This document shows, one piece after another, positions 1 to 13,214 of a stretch of 64,000 bases of DNA (position 1 is the stretch's first letter; every line of letters begins with the position of its first letter). The position numbers were made by a program, and so were the translations under genes. The notes beneath the pieces are model-generated. The model searched no databases. It saw nothing but the letters and a program-made list of their open reading frames with translations, and had not been told where the DNA came from. The stretch covers positions 106,826,001 through 106,890,000 of the forward strand of contig OX597821.1 of NCBI GenBank assembly GCA_951406725.2, read 5' to 3'. This stretch comes from Octopus vulgaris. Its lineage: Eukaryota.

Positions 1-569
1 AATAATAATAATAATAATGATAATGATTTCATAGTTTGTCACAAGGCCGGCAATTCCGGTGGTGTTTGTAAGTTGTTTACATCGACCCCAGCGCTCGTCT
101 GGTACTTATGTTATAGACCTCGTAAGAATGAATAGCAAAGTTGACCTCGTTGGTACCAGAACGTAGAACGTAAAAACAGAGGTAATTTAAATGTTGAAGT
201 GAATCTAATGGTTTTGTGTCTTTCTTAAATATCTTATAAACACCTTCCACGACGCAATTGTATATATATATAAATTAGATTCACCTCAACATTTAAATTT
301 ATTTTCCCAAATTTATATTTGTTGCGGTCTCCAAGCGACGAAAATATACTGGCAAATGAAATTTAAATGTTGAAATGAATCTAATGGTTTTTGTGTTTCT
401 TAAATGGCTTCTAAACTCCTTCCACGCTGCAACTGCTTTCGTTCCAGCACACTATCTCAGATATATATATCTATAATACTGGGTAAAATAAATAAAATAA
501 TCAATTAATTGATTAATAATTAATAATTTTACCAAGTAGTCAGTACGTTAAAATGACCTTTTTATGTGA

Positions 570-1129
570 ATTACACAAAATATTTTATAATTATATATGT
601 AATTACAAATAGGGGTCAGCTTATTGCTTTGCCACGTACCGAATTAGAAATGGACGCACTTATTTTTACAACTACCATAAATATCTCCGAGACAGAAACA
701 CACTTTTTGCTCCCTGATCGAATCTACAGTTTTCTGCGGGAGTGTTCGTAACACACACGTGGGTATAATGGATAAATATATATTCACATTCGGCTGTATA
801 TTTTTGTGAGTGCGGTTCAATATCAGTTATGCGATGACGCTTGATCGCGTACATATCTAATCCTAACACTCGCAAATATATCCCTCGAATTATCACAATG
901 AGGAGAAAAGTAGGTAACTATAATTTACTTTAAATTTCGAATCACGTCCGTGGTTAATCGAAGTCGTGTGAATTCATCATTTTTTTTTTTTTGGTTACAA
1001 AAATGTGTGTTACTGTCTCGGAGATATGTATGGTAACTGAAAAGACCTTAGCGTCCATTTCTAATTCGATACGTGCGGAACAATTAGCGGAGACCTGATT
1101 ATAATTTTGTGTATAGTGTAGAACATTTT

Positions 1130-1130
<1 letters not shown>
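570..1130. repeat. Foldback element with ~130-nt inverted arms and a degenerate hammerhead-like centre; copies at ~26,450-27,010 and ~62,140-62,695
   Basis: ...ccacgtaccgaattagaaatggacgc...atctccgagacag (~630-705) is inverted as ctgtctcggagatat...gcgtccatttctaattcgatacgtg (~1,005-1,080). Confidence 0.75.
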
Positions 1131-1167
<37 letters not shown>

Positions 1168-1289
1168 ATGGCTGTGTGTGTAAATATATATATATGTGTG
1201 TGTGTGTGCGTGTAAGTTATGTGTGTGTATGGTTCTCCCTTTGGGATTAAGTCTCAATGTGTAAATCACTAAAACGAATGCCACCTGCC

Positions 1290-1750
1290 ATTTATTTAGT
1301 CCGCCAGTATCTCTACTATTCCAACAGCATAAATAATTGGTCCCTATCAAACGGGCAAATTTGCTGTCTATATTGATGCCATTGAAGAAATCGAACACTG
1401 GTACACGAAGCATATTGCCTCAATGTAAGAGATCCTTTAGTGAGATACGCCAAAATTTCTACGACTTTGCTCCATAGAGCAAAGAGAAAATTATGCGATT
1501 CTATATTTCTGATAGATTCTGAAGCGTTGGTACTAAAAGTTATTTTAATACCTGAACGGATCACCACTGTATAGAGGCCAACATAAGATCGAAAGCTAGA
1601 TACCACAATAGCTTTGTGATTAAATATCCAACGGAAATTCGTAATAGATATACATGAATGAATGTAGATCGTGTCAAAATATAAAGTGATGCCATCGGAC
1701 ACGAAGGTTGCGGCGTAGACAGATTTTATCGAAGGATTTTAGTCGCTTAA
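1290..1750 (+). mobile_element. Degenerate CR1/L2-like LINE ORF2 3' fragment (copies ~27,170-27,610 and ~63,210-63,670)
   Basis: A plus frame with stops reads PYQTGKFAVYIDAIEEIEHWYTKHIASM..KFLRLCSIEQRENYAILYF..IL and later RYHNSFV, resembling the CR1 RT C-terminus. Confidence 0.6.
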
Positions 1751-2388
1751 TATCTTACACCCTCATCGGCCATGTCTCGCTGCCGTAGAGGAGAATCGTT
1801 CACACTAGTGCTTGGTAGAATTCATCTACAAGTGCTTGGAGAATTTATCTACGAAGCAATTGCCCCAGCTCCCCTTCAGGATTGGCAAAACGATGTGGTG
1901 GACAGCGAAAAACGTGGCTTCTGTCAGTCAAGGCTGATCTGGAACCCGACCTAGGCCCCCATATCTACGGCGTTCACTGATGGAATAAGGAGTGGTTGGA
2001 GATCACGCGGTTGTTAGCGTCAGATCACCAGGTCTGCTCAGCGTTTGTGCAAGCTGCAGCATTGAGGATGAATGAAGTCAGCTCAACCCACCCCGGATGA
2101 ATGCTGTCTAAAGACAAGACAAGCCAAGACATAATATAAACCGACCATCTACCAACTACAAGTTAAGACGATCCTAATTTGTGGAATGTAAGAAAACCGA
2201 GGGTACTAAATTTGGATTCCATCATTCACCAAGTACCGATGAAAGAAAATGGATCAGCGATAGTGCAGCTATACCAAATTCGGTGCTCGAGCATGACTAC
2301 AGCCTACACACTGAAAGAAGTAAGCGATATAACATAAAAAGATAAAATTAAGATTTGATATTATGAAGTTATCGTAAAAGATACTCAC

Positions 2389-3184
2389 TGATTTATTCAA
2401 ATGATCTCCACACCAGAACAACAGTATCAAATATATGAAGCACCCTATCATCACCATTGCTAAATATAGGTGAGAGCTGATTTCAATACTTGGTGAGTCA
2501 TTTATAATCACGTAAGTTGCAACGCAACTGCTAAGAATGGAAGAAAGTACGATAAATCCTGATGTTAGTTGTAAAGATTCATTTACAAATTTCAATTTCC
2601 TACTCATAATATTATGAGCGTCACATATTTCTGTGATATCTTTGTGCTTCCTGATGAAATTTGAATGAAAGTTTGCAGATATTTTTTGATATCGGATATG
2701 TAAAATATTCCAACAAGTCTTTACTAATGCATGGCAACACGAAATCTATAAATATGTTAGAAGAGATCGTTACGCATATAAATGCATAAAATACCGTACA
2801 TGAATATAAAAGAATTGACTTGCGGCATTTTCTACCTTCATTTTCAAGTTTGATTTCGGCAAATTCTTCAGTCAGTAGCTCGAATTTAGATAGGTTGAAG
2901 ATTTTCAACAAAGTAAAGATATAAATACAAACTCTGAAAATGAATATGTAACTGTACACAAACAGTTGATCAGTATTCCTTTTTTTATATTGTGCTAAAG
3001 TAACAATGTGACGAATAGGGTTTATAATCACATACGTACAGAACAGAATATAAAATGCTTGCAAATAAACTGTTTTAGATTTTGGTGATTTCAATGATGA
3101 AACAGTCGTACTCGATTGGCTAAAGTGATCAAATTTCTGATATAATTCCAGCAGTTTAAAGATCTGAGTTTCTTTCACTTGCAT
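2389..3184 (-). pseudogene. GR-like (7TM ion channel family) large first exon type A, copy 1; disrupted by a 155-nt deletion
   Basis: MQVKETQIFKLLEL..., multiple hydrophobic segments, ends ...HLNKS|GTGAGT (donor at 2388). Relative to copy 2 it lacks 28,520-28,674, giving a frameshift near 2,667 (796 = 951-155 nt). Confidence 0.88.
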
Positions 3185-3265
3185 AATTCTTCAAATTTTG
3201 TCTCCTTCAAAGTTTGTTTATGGTAAACAACACATTTTAAGTAGTTCTTGATAGGTGCGATGCAG

Positions 3266-3272
3266 TTTTATA
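3266..3272 (-). promoter_or_regulatory. Putative TATA box (TATAAAA) of type A exon; copy at 29,272-29,278
   Basis: ATATAAAACTGC lies ~80 nt upstream of the ATG, with a CCAAT ~45 nt further upstream. Same motif and spacing as upstream of type B. Confidence 0.55.
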
Positions 3273-3850
3273 TTTCCTTGTGAACTTATTTGCCAATCAA
3301 CGCGTCTATTAAAGATTGGGCAGTATAACTTAATTTACTAGGAACAACGAATCAGTAGCCAAGGAGAGAGATAGAGTTTTTGATAATTTCTTCCATATAT
3401 TTTGTCAATATCAAGTTCAAATAATGTAGGATGGTCTAACTCTAATTAATACTAGTGTTGACTCTGTCAGAGAAATCGAACTAGAATTGCTTTTAAAATC
3501 CGTATAGAGAACATTGCTTGATTTCAATTATCCTATAACGAATCAACACTTATTAATTAATTGATACGGTGCTTTTGTATTAAGAGAATGCATTTGATTT
3601 TTTTCTTTCACATAACAAGCATATATATTAATTCAAAATACATTATGAACCTCTCTCTCTCTCTCTCTCTCTTTGTGTGTGTGTATATATATAAATACAT
3701 ATATATATATATCCATACACACATACACAGACACACACAAAGACACACGCACACACACACACACAGACATATATATATATATATATATATATAGTACCTC
3801 TATATCCAGCAATATATCGACCTGTCTATCTACATCACTAAGTCTCTCTC

Positions 3851-3933
<83 letters not shown>

Positions 3934-4854
3934 AAATAAGCAACAAGAATGACTCCGATAATTCGGTACGATCGTTTCGTACTACATCATTTTATTAGAT
4001 GTTATAAGTATTACAACAGGTTTAAAATGCTGAGCGCTCATCAGACAATTATAGAGGTTTTCCATTTATACAAAAGTTTTCATATCAAGTAGCAATGTTA
4101 TAGAGAAGGTAGATATATAGGCAAAGATGTGGATTTATATTTTAAGAAAATTTGAGGTAGTGGAGCCCATCAACTGACAGACTAAGATTCTGTAGTTCCA
4201 GACTACTGTAAGGTTCAGAGAGGAAAGAATAAGTGGAAGGAGACAATAAAGATTTACTAATTATAGAAATGAGGTAAAAGGGGATTTCAGAGCTCCATAT
4301 AAGGAATTTATGTAGAAGACAGCATTGTCACTACTAAATGCTAATTACTACTATTTGATGAACAGATTCGGCGCGCGCACATACACTCACAAGACAATGA
4401 TAAGAAGAAATCTAGAAAATTTTTTGTAAGATAATATTTACCCTGCTTGGAGTGGCCATGTGAGTTTGCCATTTCTAAAAGCCAAGAATCGTTTCCTACT
4501 GAATGAACTGACCAACTGCTCAGATGTGTACAGATTTTTGTCTTTCTTTCTTCCTTCTTCCGTTCCTTCTCTTTTCCATTGATACTCTTTCCGATGCAAA
4601 AGGACACATACACACCCGAACTCTATCTCACTTTCTCCTCATTCCTCACCCTCTTGTACTATCTTATATCTCTCTCCACCCCTACACACTTAATAATACT
4701 ATAAAAAGAGACAAAATTCCTGAAAAAGTTCAATCTGATGACTCCACTAGAGTGGACGCAAGCGCTAATATATGATTTATAAAAACATGTTTCATATGAA
4801 TAATTATCTGTAAATATAAAACCATCTAGATTTCTGAGTACTTTATTTCTTCTA

Positions 4855-4926
<72 letters not shown>

Positions 4927-6016
4927 GAATGAGAAAATTACTATATTACAAAAAAAAACAATAATCATCAGACGAAACGTAATTTTCATCAGATGCTGAA
5001 AGTTATAGAATATCTCAAGAATACGGCAGAGATCGGACTGAAGTCTGTCAAGGCCAATAATGAAATGGAAGGATGAGCCACAAAGTTGGACGTTGAGGTT
5101 GAGAATATAATTCGTGAATATGTGTAACATGATATATAAGGTCAGCAACCCGGGTGAGATAGGGTCTGCTAGACTAGTTCCTGGAGTGGAATGTAGGTGA
5201 TATTTCATTATAATATCCTAAGAGAACGGGTAACAATGAGCAACCGAATATAAATTAGGAATAAAGAGAGAGGATCAGAAAAGGTGAAGAAAAATGAAAA
5301 CGTACAAGCCAGCTGAGCATAGGGCCGAGTTTAGGGTTCACTAACTAAGGTTAAAGCACAAACAGAGGAGAGCAGAGATACAGAGAATTTAGGGATGTTC
5401 TGTGAATATCGGTTGAATTCTTGGGGAGGGTACAAAGACAATCAAATAATATGATCTAACCTTTATGGAATTGCAGTGTTAAGATGTATGGTGTTGTATA
5501 TGGGTTAGTTAGGACCAATTATAATATTAGGACATGTTTGCCTGGAGAGGGTAAAGCTGCTAGTGATAGCTGAGTACTATTTATCATTGAGGAGTACTAG
5601 TTATCAATGAGGAGTTTAAAGTGGAAGGGTGTCATATAATAAACTAAACCTGGTAAGGTGTTACAGGAAATGCCAAGTCGGAAATCATAGAAAGCAGTAG
5701 GGAGTAGTCTAATGTTTGACAATAGGGAATGTTATACAAATTCCGTAGATATTATTTAATTAGAGAGTATAATCACCATTGTGTAAATCACACAAAGCAA
5801 CTCTGATGAATAGTCGTAATAGGTGTGGATAGTGTATTTATTATTTGACAAGCGCAGCGCACATAACTGTATCTTTGTGTAAGGATTAGTACCCAGTGGA
5901 ATTGGAAAAGAAATGACTAGAGTGTGCAGGTTGCTACTTCTAGGTTAGATATATTTGCTATGGTTATTGCATAATAAAAGGTACGTAATACAATGTACAT
6001 TGCTTAGTTCTTTCGA

Positions 6017-6243
6017 AGGCAGCGAACTTGCATAAACGGTAGTACGCCGGGCGAAATTCTTAGCAGTATTTCGTCTGCCGCGACGTTCAAATTCCGCCGA
6101 GGTCGATTTTGCCTTTCATCCTTTCGGGGTCGATTAAATAAGTACCAGTTACGCACTGGGGTCGATATAATCGACTTAATCTGTGTGTCTGTCCTTGTTT
6201 GCCCCCACTGTGTTTAGCCCCTTGTGTGTAGTAAAGAAATAGG
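6017..6243 (+). mobile_element. tRNA-derived Octopus-type SINE (copy ~31,696-31,922; antisense fragments ~77-175 and ~25,955-26,050)
   Basis: aaggcagcgaacttgca...gttcaaattccgccgaggtcgattttgcctttcatcctttcggggtcgat...gtaccag with B-box-like gttcaaattc. Recognised from memory as an abundant Octopus SINE. Confidence 0.75.
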
Positions 6244-6561
6244 TTAGTTCTTTCGATATAGCGTACCATGCAAGTATAGTAAGTGTGGTTAGAAAGTAAT
6301 GGTAAAATGACTGTATCCTCTATTCCATTGTTATATTGTCCATCTTACTTCCTAAAATTGACTTCTTTGAAAAATCACCAGCCCTTTTAAGAAAATGTGT
6401 TTATTTACAAACATGTTGATAGGTGTACAATGGAAAGAAAAAAGAAAGGATAATGAAAAAAATGCTTTGTAATGAAATTTCAATGAATTGTCCACATCAA
6501 ATTGAAAACATCCTTTCCTCCATTGTATATTATTTTTCTCCTCTTACAGGATTGTCCTGAA

Positions 6562-6597
<36 letters not shown>

Positions 6598-9188
6598 TTC
6601 CCGCCCTTTGGATTTCCGCCTTTCTCCAAATCGCCTAAACTTTATGCTTGTATAAATATTAGATACGTAAAATCCATGAACTATAATTAATACTTGCATA
6701 GTCTACAAGATGATTTGTACAGTACAAAAGCATATTACGTGTATATGTTATTTAATTGTATTTATAATTCTCACCTTAAAAATTATTTTTTCATATATTG
6801 GCCATTGATAAATTTTCTCATAATATACGCATACATACACATATATACATATGCAAACACACACATACATACGTACATGCATGCATGTATAGGCACACAC
6901 ACACACACACATACAACACACACACTGACCCACACACATGCGCACACACAATCAAAACGGAAAGCAGTGTAAATAACGGACAGAGTCAAAACGGACAGAG
7001 TCAAAACTATTGAAAAGTTTGCAAGACGCAAAGAAAATTTTAGAAAAATAAAACTAAGAAAAAGTGGGTATTTTACTGGTGAGTGTGTTATATTATAAGG
7101 CACAAAAAGAAAATAACTCTCCCCAGACACAACAGAATTTAATGTTTATATTAGAAGTAAATTCGGCCTGATCGTTTAGCCAGCGGTGTCGCGTCGTTTA
7201 TGACTAAAACAATGCGAAGCGCATTGTGACCAGCTATGTGTAGCAACATCTGCTAGCCTGGTCGATCCCGTAATCACAGTGATATTAGAAGTAAATTAAT
7301 TCTCATTCGGTGCTAACTATATTTTTATCAATTTCTGTTAGCTGGCTATCCTTCTTTCAATACGTGGTGTAATATTTATTTAGACGATTTAGCGTCTTTT
7401 TTCAGCAAGTTGGAAATAATTTTTTTTTCCTTTGCCCCTATTTACATATATATATATACCTACTTATATATATATATCCTATATTATTAGTAGTAGACTT
7501 ATTACTGCTTGCTATAGGGACTAGTAACCATTACAATTTGTAGCGCCGAAAAGGCAACATGTTGTTCTGAGACTGACCGAAGAATTTTTATTTTTAGTTA
7601 TAGCTGAGGTACTTATATGTACATATGTTCTTTGCTTCGGGTTTTTCCATAGGCGCATGTTCTCTCGTAATGTTCCATAGGCGCATGTTCTCTTACTTAT
7701 ATTCTCTCGTAAGCTCTAACGTTGAAGAACAAATCCTTTATGTGACTAATTCCGAAATTGATTCAATATAGAGATAACGAAATTTAAATATTCTAACAGT
7801 TAGTTGGCCGACTTCAGTTCTATTTTTCTGTAGCAAGTGGATTATATGTGGAAAATCAGTATATTGGCTTTGGAATAATCTTCTTTAGCCCTTGCTTATA
7901 AGATATACATATATATATATATATACATTTAATATAGGATAAAATTTTAGGGAAAATATTCTATCTTTGGCCAGCATATTAAAAGATACCTTCAAAGGTT
8001 AAATTTATAAACAACATATAAACAAGGGCAAAAGAAAAGAATTCTAATGCCAAATATGCCGAAAATAGACAAATCATCAATAACCATATAATTCAGCACT
8101 ATACGCACGCGTCTCGAAATAAACCGACAGACATTTCTAAAAAAATTCCGTTATTATCTTATCGGCCCCGATTTCAGAGGTAATTCATACGAATTTTCTC
8201 CTCGTCAGTGATAAATACGGTAAGAAATAAATGAAATACTTACATATACCCATGGAAGAAGCAAACACTAAGTCATGAGCACAATTAAGTACCTCAAATA
8301 TAGCCAAAATAGAAATTTTTCATCATACCTCGAAACACGTGCGATCGGACTGAAAACTGTCGTAGAGTGAGAGAGTCCGGTAGTGAACACTATTAAATTT
8401 GCATCTAATATAGGATGAAATTCTTTGGAAAGAATTCTATCAATGGCCAGCATATTAAAAAATATATTTAAAGGTTAAATTTATAAACAAATTATAAACA
8501 AGGGTAAAAGATATAAATTCTTAAGCCAAATATGCCAAAAATAGACAAATCGTCAATAACCAAATAATTCATCACGGCCACGATTTCAGAGTTAATTCAT
8601 AAGAATGTTCTCCTCGAGAATAAATAAGAATTGTTTATAAATTTAACCTTTAAAGGTATTTTTTAAAACGCTGGCCATTGATAGAATTTTTTCGGCATGT
8701 TAAATGAACCATTATGGGTAAACTTAAACAATAATATTTATAATTATGCGAATAATTATAATTAGGGTTCAGCAAAAACATTTGCCTCAACACATACCGA
8801 AATTTAGAAATAGCATTCAAGAAAACTAGGTGTGGTAGAGAAATAGCTAGTTCTCTTGGCTGCTATTTCTAAATTTCGGTATGTGGTGAAGCAAATTAAG
8901 GGCAATTCCTTTCGAGTTGCTTCAGATTAATCATCTAAAGTTTTGTAACAGTCAAATTGTAATACAGCCTGTTATACTCCCACTTGTCACATTCTCCAGT
9001 TCCAGGAGGATCTCTGAAAATATTTTTCTACTTACGATTACATAGTCACTTGACTAATAACCGAACACTTACTATCAGCCACTAAGATATACAACCTATA
9101 ATCAACAGCTCTGTTTGATTTCGTTGGTTTCCTAAAAATACAAATATTAGACAGAACTGATATCAAATAAATATCATATAAAACTTAC

Positions 9189-10138
9189 CGATTTATTTAA
9201 ACGAATTCCACTCCAAATCATTATGATCTCATACATCAGATAAAAGGATGCCATAGATATTAAGTAAATGAATTTATGTAATTCATTTTCGTATGATTCA
9301 TTTATAATTCCGTAAGTTGCAATACAACATCCTATAACACTGCTAAGTACGACATATGCTGTGGAAAGACGTAATGATTCATTGAGTAATTTCAGCATTC
9401 TACTCAAAGTATCATGAGTTTTACATATTTCTGTAATCTCTATCTCTCTCTTGAAGAAAATAAACTTCTCTGATTGCTGTCCCTTTACATAGCGTTGAAC
9501 ATCACTCGTCACTTTGTTAAACTCATAATCCAGTGTGCTTCCGATCATTAGATTTACGTAAAAGTCAAGATGCAGGGAAGCGATTGACATGCAGTTAAAT
9601 GCAAGATATAGTGCGAAATATAGAAGGTGATAAGTATTGTTGATTGGTACAGGAAATAGAATGAAACGCATCAAATCATGATTGGACTGTGTAAAAATAT
9701 AATCTTGAATCGTGAAAACAGTTAACGGGAACAATATAAAAAAGCATAGTGATTTATACGAAAAGAATATATTAGAGTTATAGAATTTTCTATCATCTTC
9801 TTCAATTTTAAGTTCGGTGAATGCTTCAATTAGTTGTTTGTCGTTCGGTTTCTTGAAGAGTTTCATCAGACCATACATTGTTAAAAAATCTGGTAAAATA
9901 TCGTATAAATATAAAAAAGTGTTTCATCAGTTGATCTATTTTGCATTTGTATTGCACTAATAGTGTTTAAAATTGGAGCTACAGTCAAATATAAGCAGTA
10001 CACAGCGTAAAAACTATAGAAAAATATTGAGATAAATTTGTGAGATTTTAATGACGTTGTATTCGCAAACGATTTCCAAATATTTATTTTACGATAAAAT
10101 TCCAGCAATTTAAAGATTTGTGTTTCATTTGATTTCAT
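9189..10138 (-). CDS. GR-like large first exon type B, copy 1; one base short of intact (frameshift in a T6 run at ~9,883-9,888)
   Basis: ORFs 9881..10138 and 9174..9878 join into one 317-codon multi-TM frame if one T is added (YQIF-L-TMYGL). Ends ...RLNKS|GTAAGT (donor at 9188). Homologous to type A (ETQIFKLLE, YEFNK, ITEIC..H, NESL, C.ATY.IIN, LNKS). Confidence 0.8.
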
Positions 10139-10213
10139 GCTTATTCTAATTTTGTGACATCCAGAAAATTCTTCCCATTTAGCAAACGAAATCCTTAGAA
10201 TAGAAGAAGCAGG

Positions 10214-10220
10214 TTTTATA
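10214..10220 (-). promoter_or_regulatory. Putative TATA box (TATAAAA) of type B exon; copy at 36,183-36,189
   Basis: ATATAAAACCTGC lies ~75 nt upstream of the ATG and is conserved in both units. Confidence 0.55.
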
Positions 10221-10637
10221 TCTTAATGAGTTTAATAATCCTTGTTTGTGGAATTATAATACAAATTATTAAAATCCAGATATACAATATTGACAAATGC
10301 TTGATATTAATTTTGATATTTCATTTAGAGAGAAAAGTGTCTGCAATTAATTTCGGGGGAATCACTAAGATTCTAATATATATGTGCTCCCATGTAGTTG
10401 TTAGATTGTTATAGGTAAAAAAAACGTTGCATATAATTTGCTACACAATATATTCTCTATTCAAAAGGAAATAGATTTGATTAACTTCAGTAAGATGCAT
10501 TGACTGTCGACTGCATACAACGGTTCAGTTGCCTGTATGATTCTATTAGTAATCTATGAAAAAAGCTATTAGTCCTTACATTCGATAAATATACGCCTGT
10601 ATATGTTGTTTTGCTAGTGTTACCTGCATATATATAC

Positions 10638-10684
<47 letters not shown>

Positions 10685-10761
10685 AACACATATCAATATA
10701 TACATATACATACATATGTGAGTAGAGGGTGTTTCTAAGTATAACTGCAGGTACATATATA

Positions 10762-10804
<43 letters not shown>

Positions 10805-11619
10805 GTGTGTATGTGTGTGTGCATGTGTGAGGGTATATGTGTGTACGTGTGTGTGTTTGCTGCGGCAAGGAACTTTCAATATGAAATTTCCGTCCTTCAG
10901 GGGGGGGGGGATTTAATGCATTAACGTTATATTGCCGTCAATGTATTCCACGTACATAAAGCATTAATATGCAATACATTTCATTGTGTTATGTTAATAA
11001 AACAAATTATTCCTATTGGTAATTAGATATGTGTACTTAAATCATTAGTACAATGGTTTATATTGATGACATGAGAGTAGTTGATATTTTTGAACCCTGA
11101 TATTTCTGAACAAACACACAGTTCTCAACCTGACGAATACGCCTTGAAATATTTAGCGAATGGTTTTGAAGAGTCAAAACAGAATCCCCGGAATGCTGAA
11201 TATTATTTCAAAACCCAGAAAATGATTTATCCAAAAATCTTCTAGGTTTGCAATCAAGCCCCTTGCTTGATTTTGTTATCCACTCTGATTCAATTTTTGA
11301 GTAATGGCTCTTCAACAAATCTATATTTTCCAATGTTAAAATATACTTATATAGGGGAAAGGAGGAAGACATTTCTCAAGTTAAGGGACCATCGTGATTA
11401 CCCAACTTCTCTTAAAAGATTTAAGCGAATAGAAAATGTATCTCAACGGCAGTAGAAAATTTGAAATAGAATGAAATGTAGAGTTAGTTGCGTATTTCTG
11501 CATCTGTGCCAATGTATATTTGCAAGAAAGTGTTGCATACATATAGTGTTGAATTAAAGTTAATTCCGTTTTGGGATTGGTTTTGCAAGATTCTTTATAT
11601 GAGTTCGTGTGTTGAAGCA

Positions 11620-11892
11620 TATTCTGTTGTGCCTGGAGAGAGGCAATTTTTTGTGCCTTATTATTTAACACACACACCGGTAAAATTTCCACTTATCTCT
11701 TATTTCTATTTTCCAAAACTTTTCGTTGCGTGTTGCAACCTTTTTTGTAGAGTAAAATCTATTGAAATGTTTGCAACACACAACGGAAGTTTTAGGAAAA
11801 TAAAAGAAAGAAATAGGTGGAAATTTTACCGGTGAGCGAGTTAAATAATAAGGCACAAAACAAAATGATTCTCCCCAGACACAACAGAATAA
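11620..11892. repeat. ~270-nt imperfect palindrome; single arm also at ~7,010-7,140 and ~32,765-32,900
   Basis: attctgttgtgcctggagag...gtgccttattatttaac...accggtaaaatttccac pairs with gtggaaattttaccggt...gttaaataataaggcac...ccagacacaacagaat. Confidence 0.9.
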
Positions 11893-13214
11893 AGTAAATT
11901 CATTCAATTGAAATTCTGATCTGTCAAGATGAAGCCGAAGAATCAAACAAAAGGGGTAATTTTGTTTTTATATGTGAAGAAAAGAATAAAATGATGGTTT
12001 AAAATCGTATTTTAAAATCGTGTATGTTTGTGTGTCTCTGTTTATCCCCCCAACATCACTTGACAACCGATACTGGTGTGTTTACGTTCCCCGTTACTTA
12101 GCGCTTAATGTTATTTGTATCCATTAAGATTGATGAGACTATACACACTCGAATGAATTCTTAATTGCCATACATTTTGTCATGTGTTGTTGAGAAAAAA
12201 ATTTCAAGCCAAGTTTTTGAGATTCGCCGATGTCAGGTTTCAAACTTAGCCAAAACAGCATCGCACAAACTTATGATGGAACGAGCATGATTGCCTAGAC
12301 TTCGAGCTTTTGCAGAAAACAATAAATGAGAGTTGGGCGTGAGCATCACATTGTTATGCATTTTCACTTAATTTGATATTCTCTCAATCAGCTTCAAGTA
12401 TTCGCGAATGTCGAATTTTCCAAACTTTGAAAATACTGTTTTTTTTCTCAAATTTGACGGCTTGAATAGCTGTATACAAATGAAACCGACGGAGAGTAAT
12501 TTCTAACGTTACCTGAAACAGTTTTGAATTATACATTTCGACAATTATTCCTTTTCCTCAACAAAATTGCTGTGTTTTCTCGGGTATTTTGAAACGTATT
12601 AGAATGTCCATAGTATTGGAGTGCTTCAGAATTAGAACAGACATAGGAATTAATTACAATCCAAGATTTTCAGTTTAAAACTTATTGCGGTTTTTGAAGC
12701 AAATATTCAGTGGCCCAGCGATTCTGTTTTCGATTCTTCAAAAACGTTCCCAATATTTTTGGAGGCGTATTTCTCAGGTTGAGAAGGTCAAAAGACAATC
12801 TTTTGGTATTCTGGCGGTATGTGTATTTGTTGTATTAGGATGGCTTCATAAACTACAAACAAAACAAAACTCTTAAATATTTAAAGCCAGAGAAGACTGA
12901 ACATGAATACATAAATTATCAAATCCTCACTGGCGGAGAGACTGGAATACAGGAGTAGACTTATAAGTGATGTCCCAGTCATTAGTTATTTCCAAGACTT
13001 AACTGCAAATTCTTGTTGATTCTACGGCCTTGATTTAAAATACCATTGTTTGAAATCTTTGAGCTCAGATTTGTTGACTTGTTGAATCCGAAGATTTTGC
13101 AGGCTTAGTAAAAAAAAATTTCGTGAAATACTACAATCATACATACTGCAACAATACTAACCAATTGTCTTTCGAATATATATTTTATTTTTATTTTTTT
13201 ATTTATTTTATTTT

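Noticed and set aside
1316-1702. 128-aa minus-strand ORF conserved in three units
   Set aside because: It is the antisense of a decayed LINE fragment, is truncated differently in each copy, and its conservation reflects recent duplication.
2269-2388. ORF tail VSIFYDNF...CVGCSHARAPNLV as the C-terminus of gene A, with possible acceptor at 2,311
   Set aside because: It begins at a consensus GTGAGT donor at the same position as in gene B, lacks the TM7 motif and has no homology to B's read-through. Treated as intron, though a minor truncated isoform cannot be excluded.
4080-5760. Possible very old Penelope-like RT/EN remnant on the minus strand
   Set aside because: Only faint motif traces; too degenerate to support by eye.
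9070-9131. Candidate private exon just downstream of exon B (tttttag...gtaagt)
   Set aside because: In phase 0 it stops after 9 codons in both units and does not resemble exon 2.
9881-9890. Programmed -1 ribosomal frameshift at TTT TAA
   Set aside because: Not an in-frame X XXY YYZ heptamer and not conserved in copy 2; an indel or consensus error is simpler.
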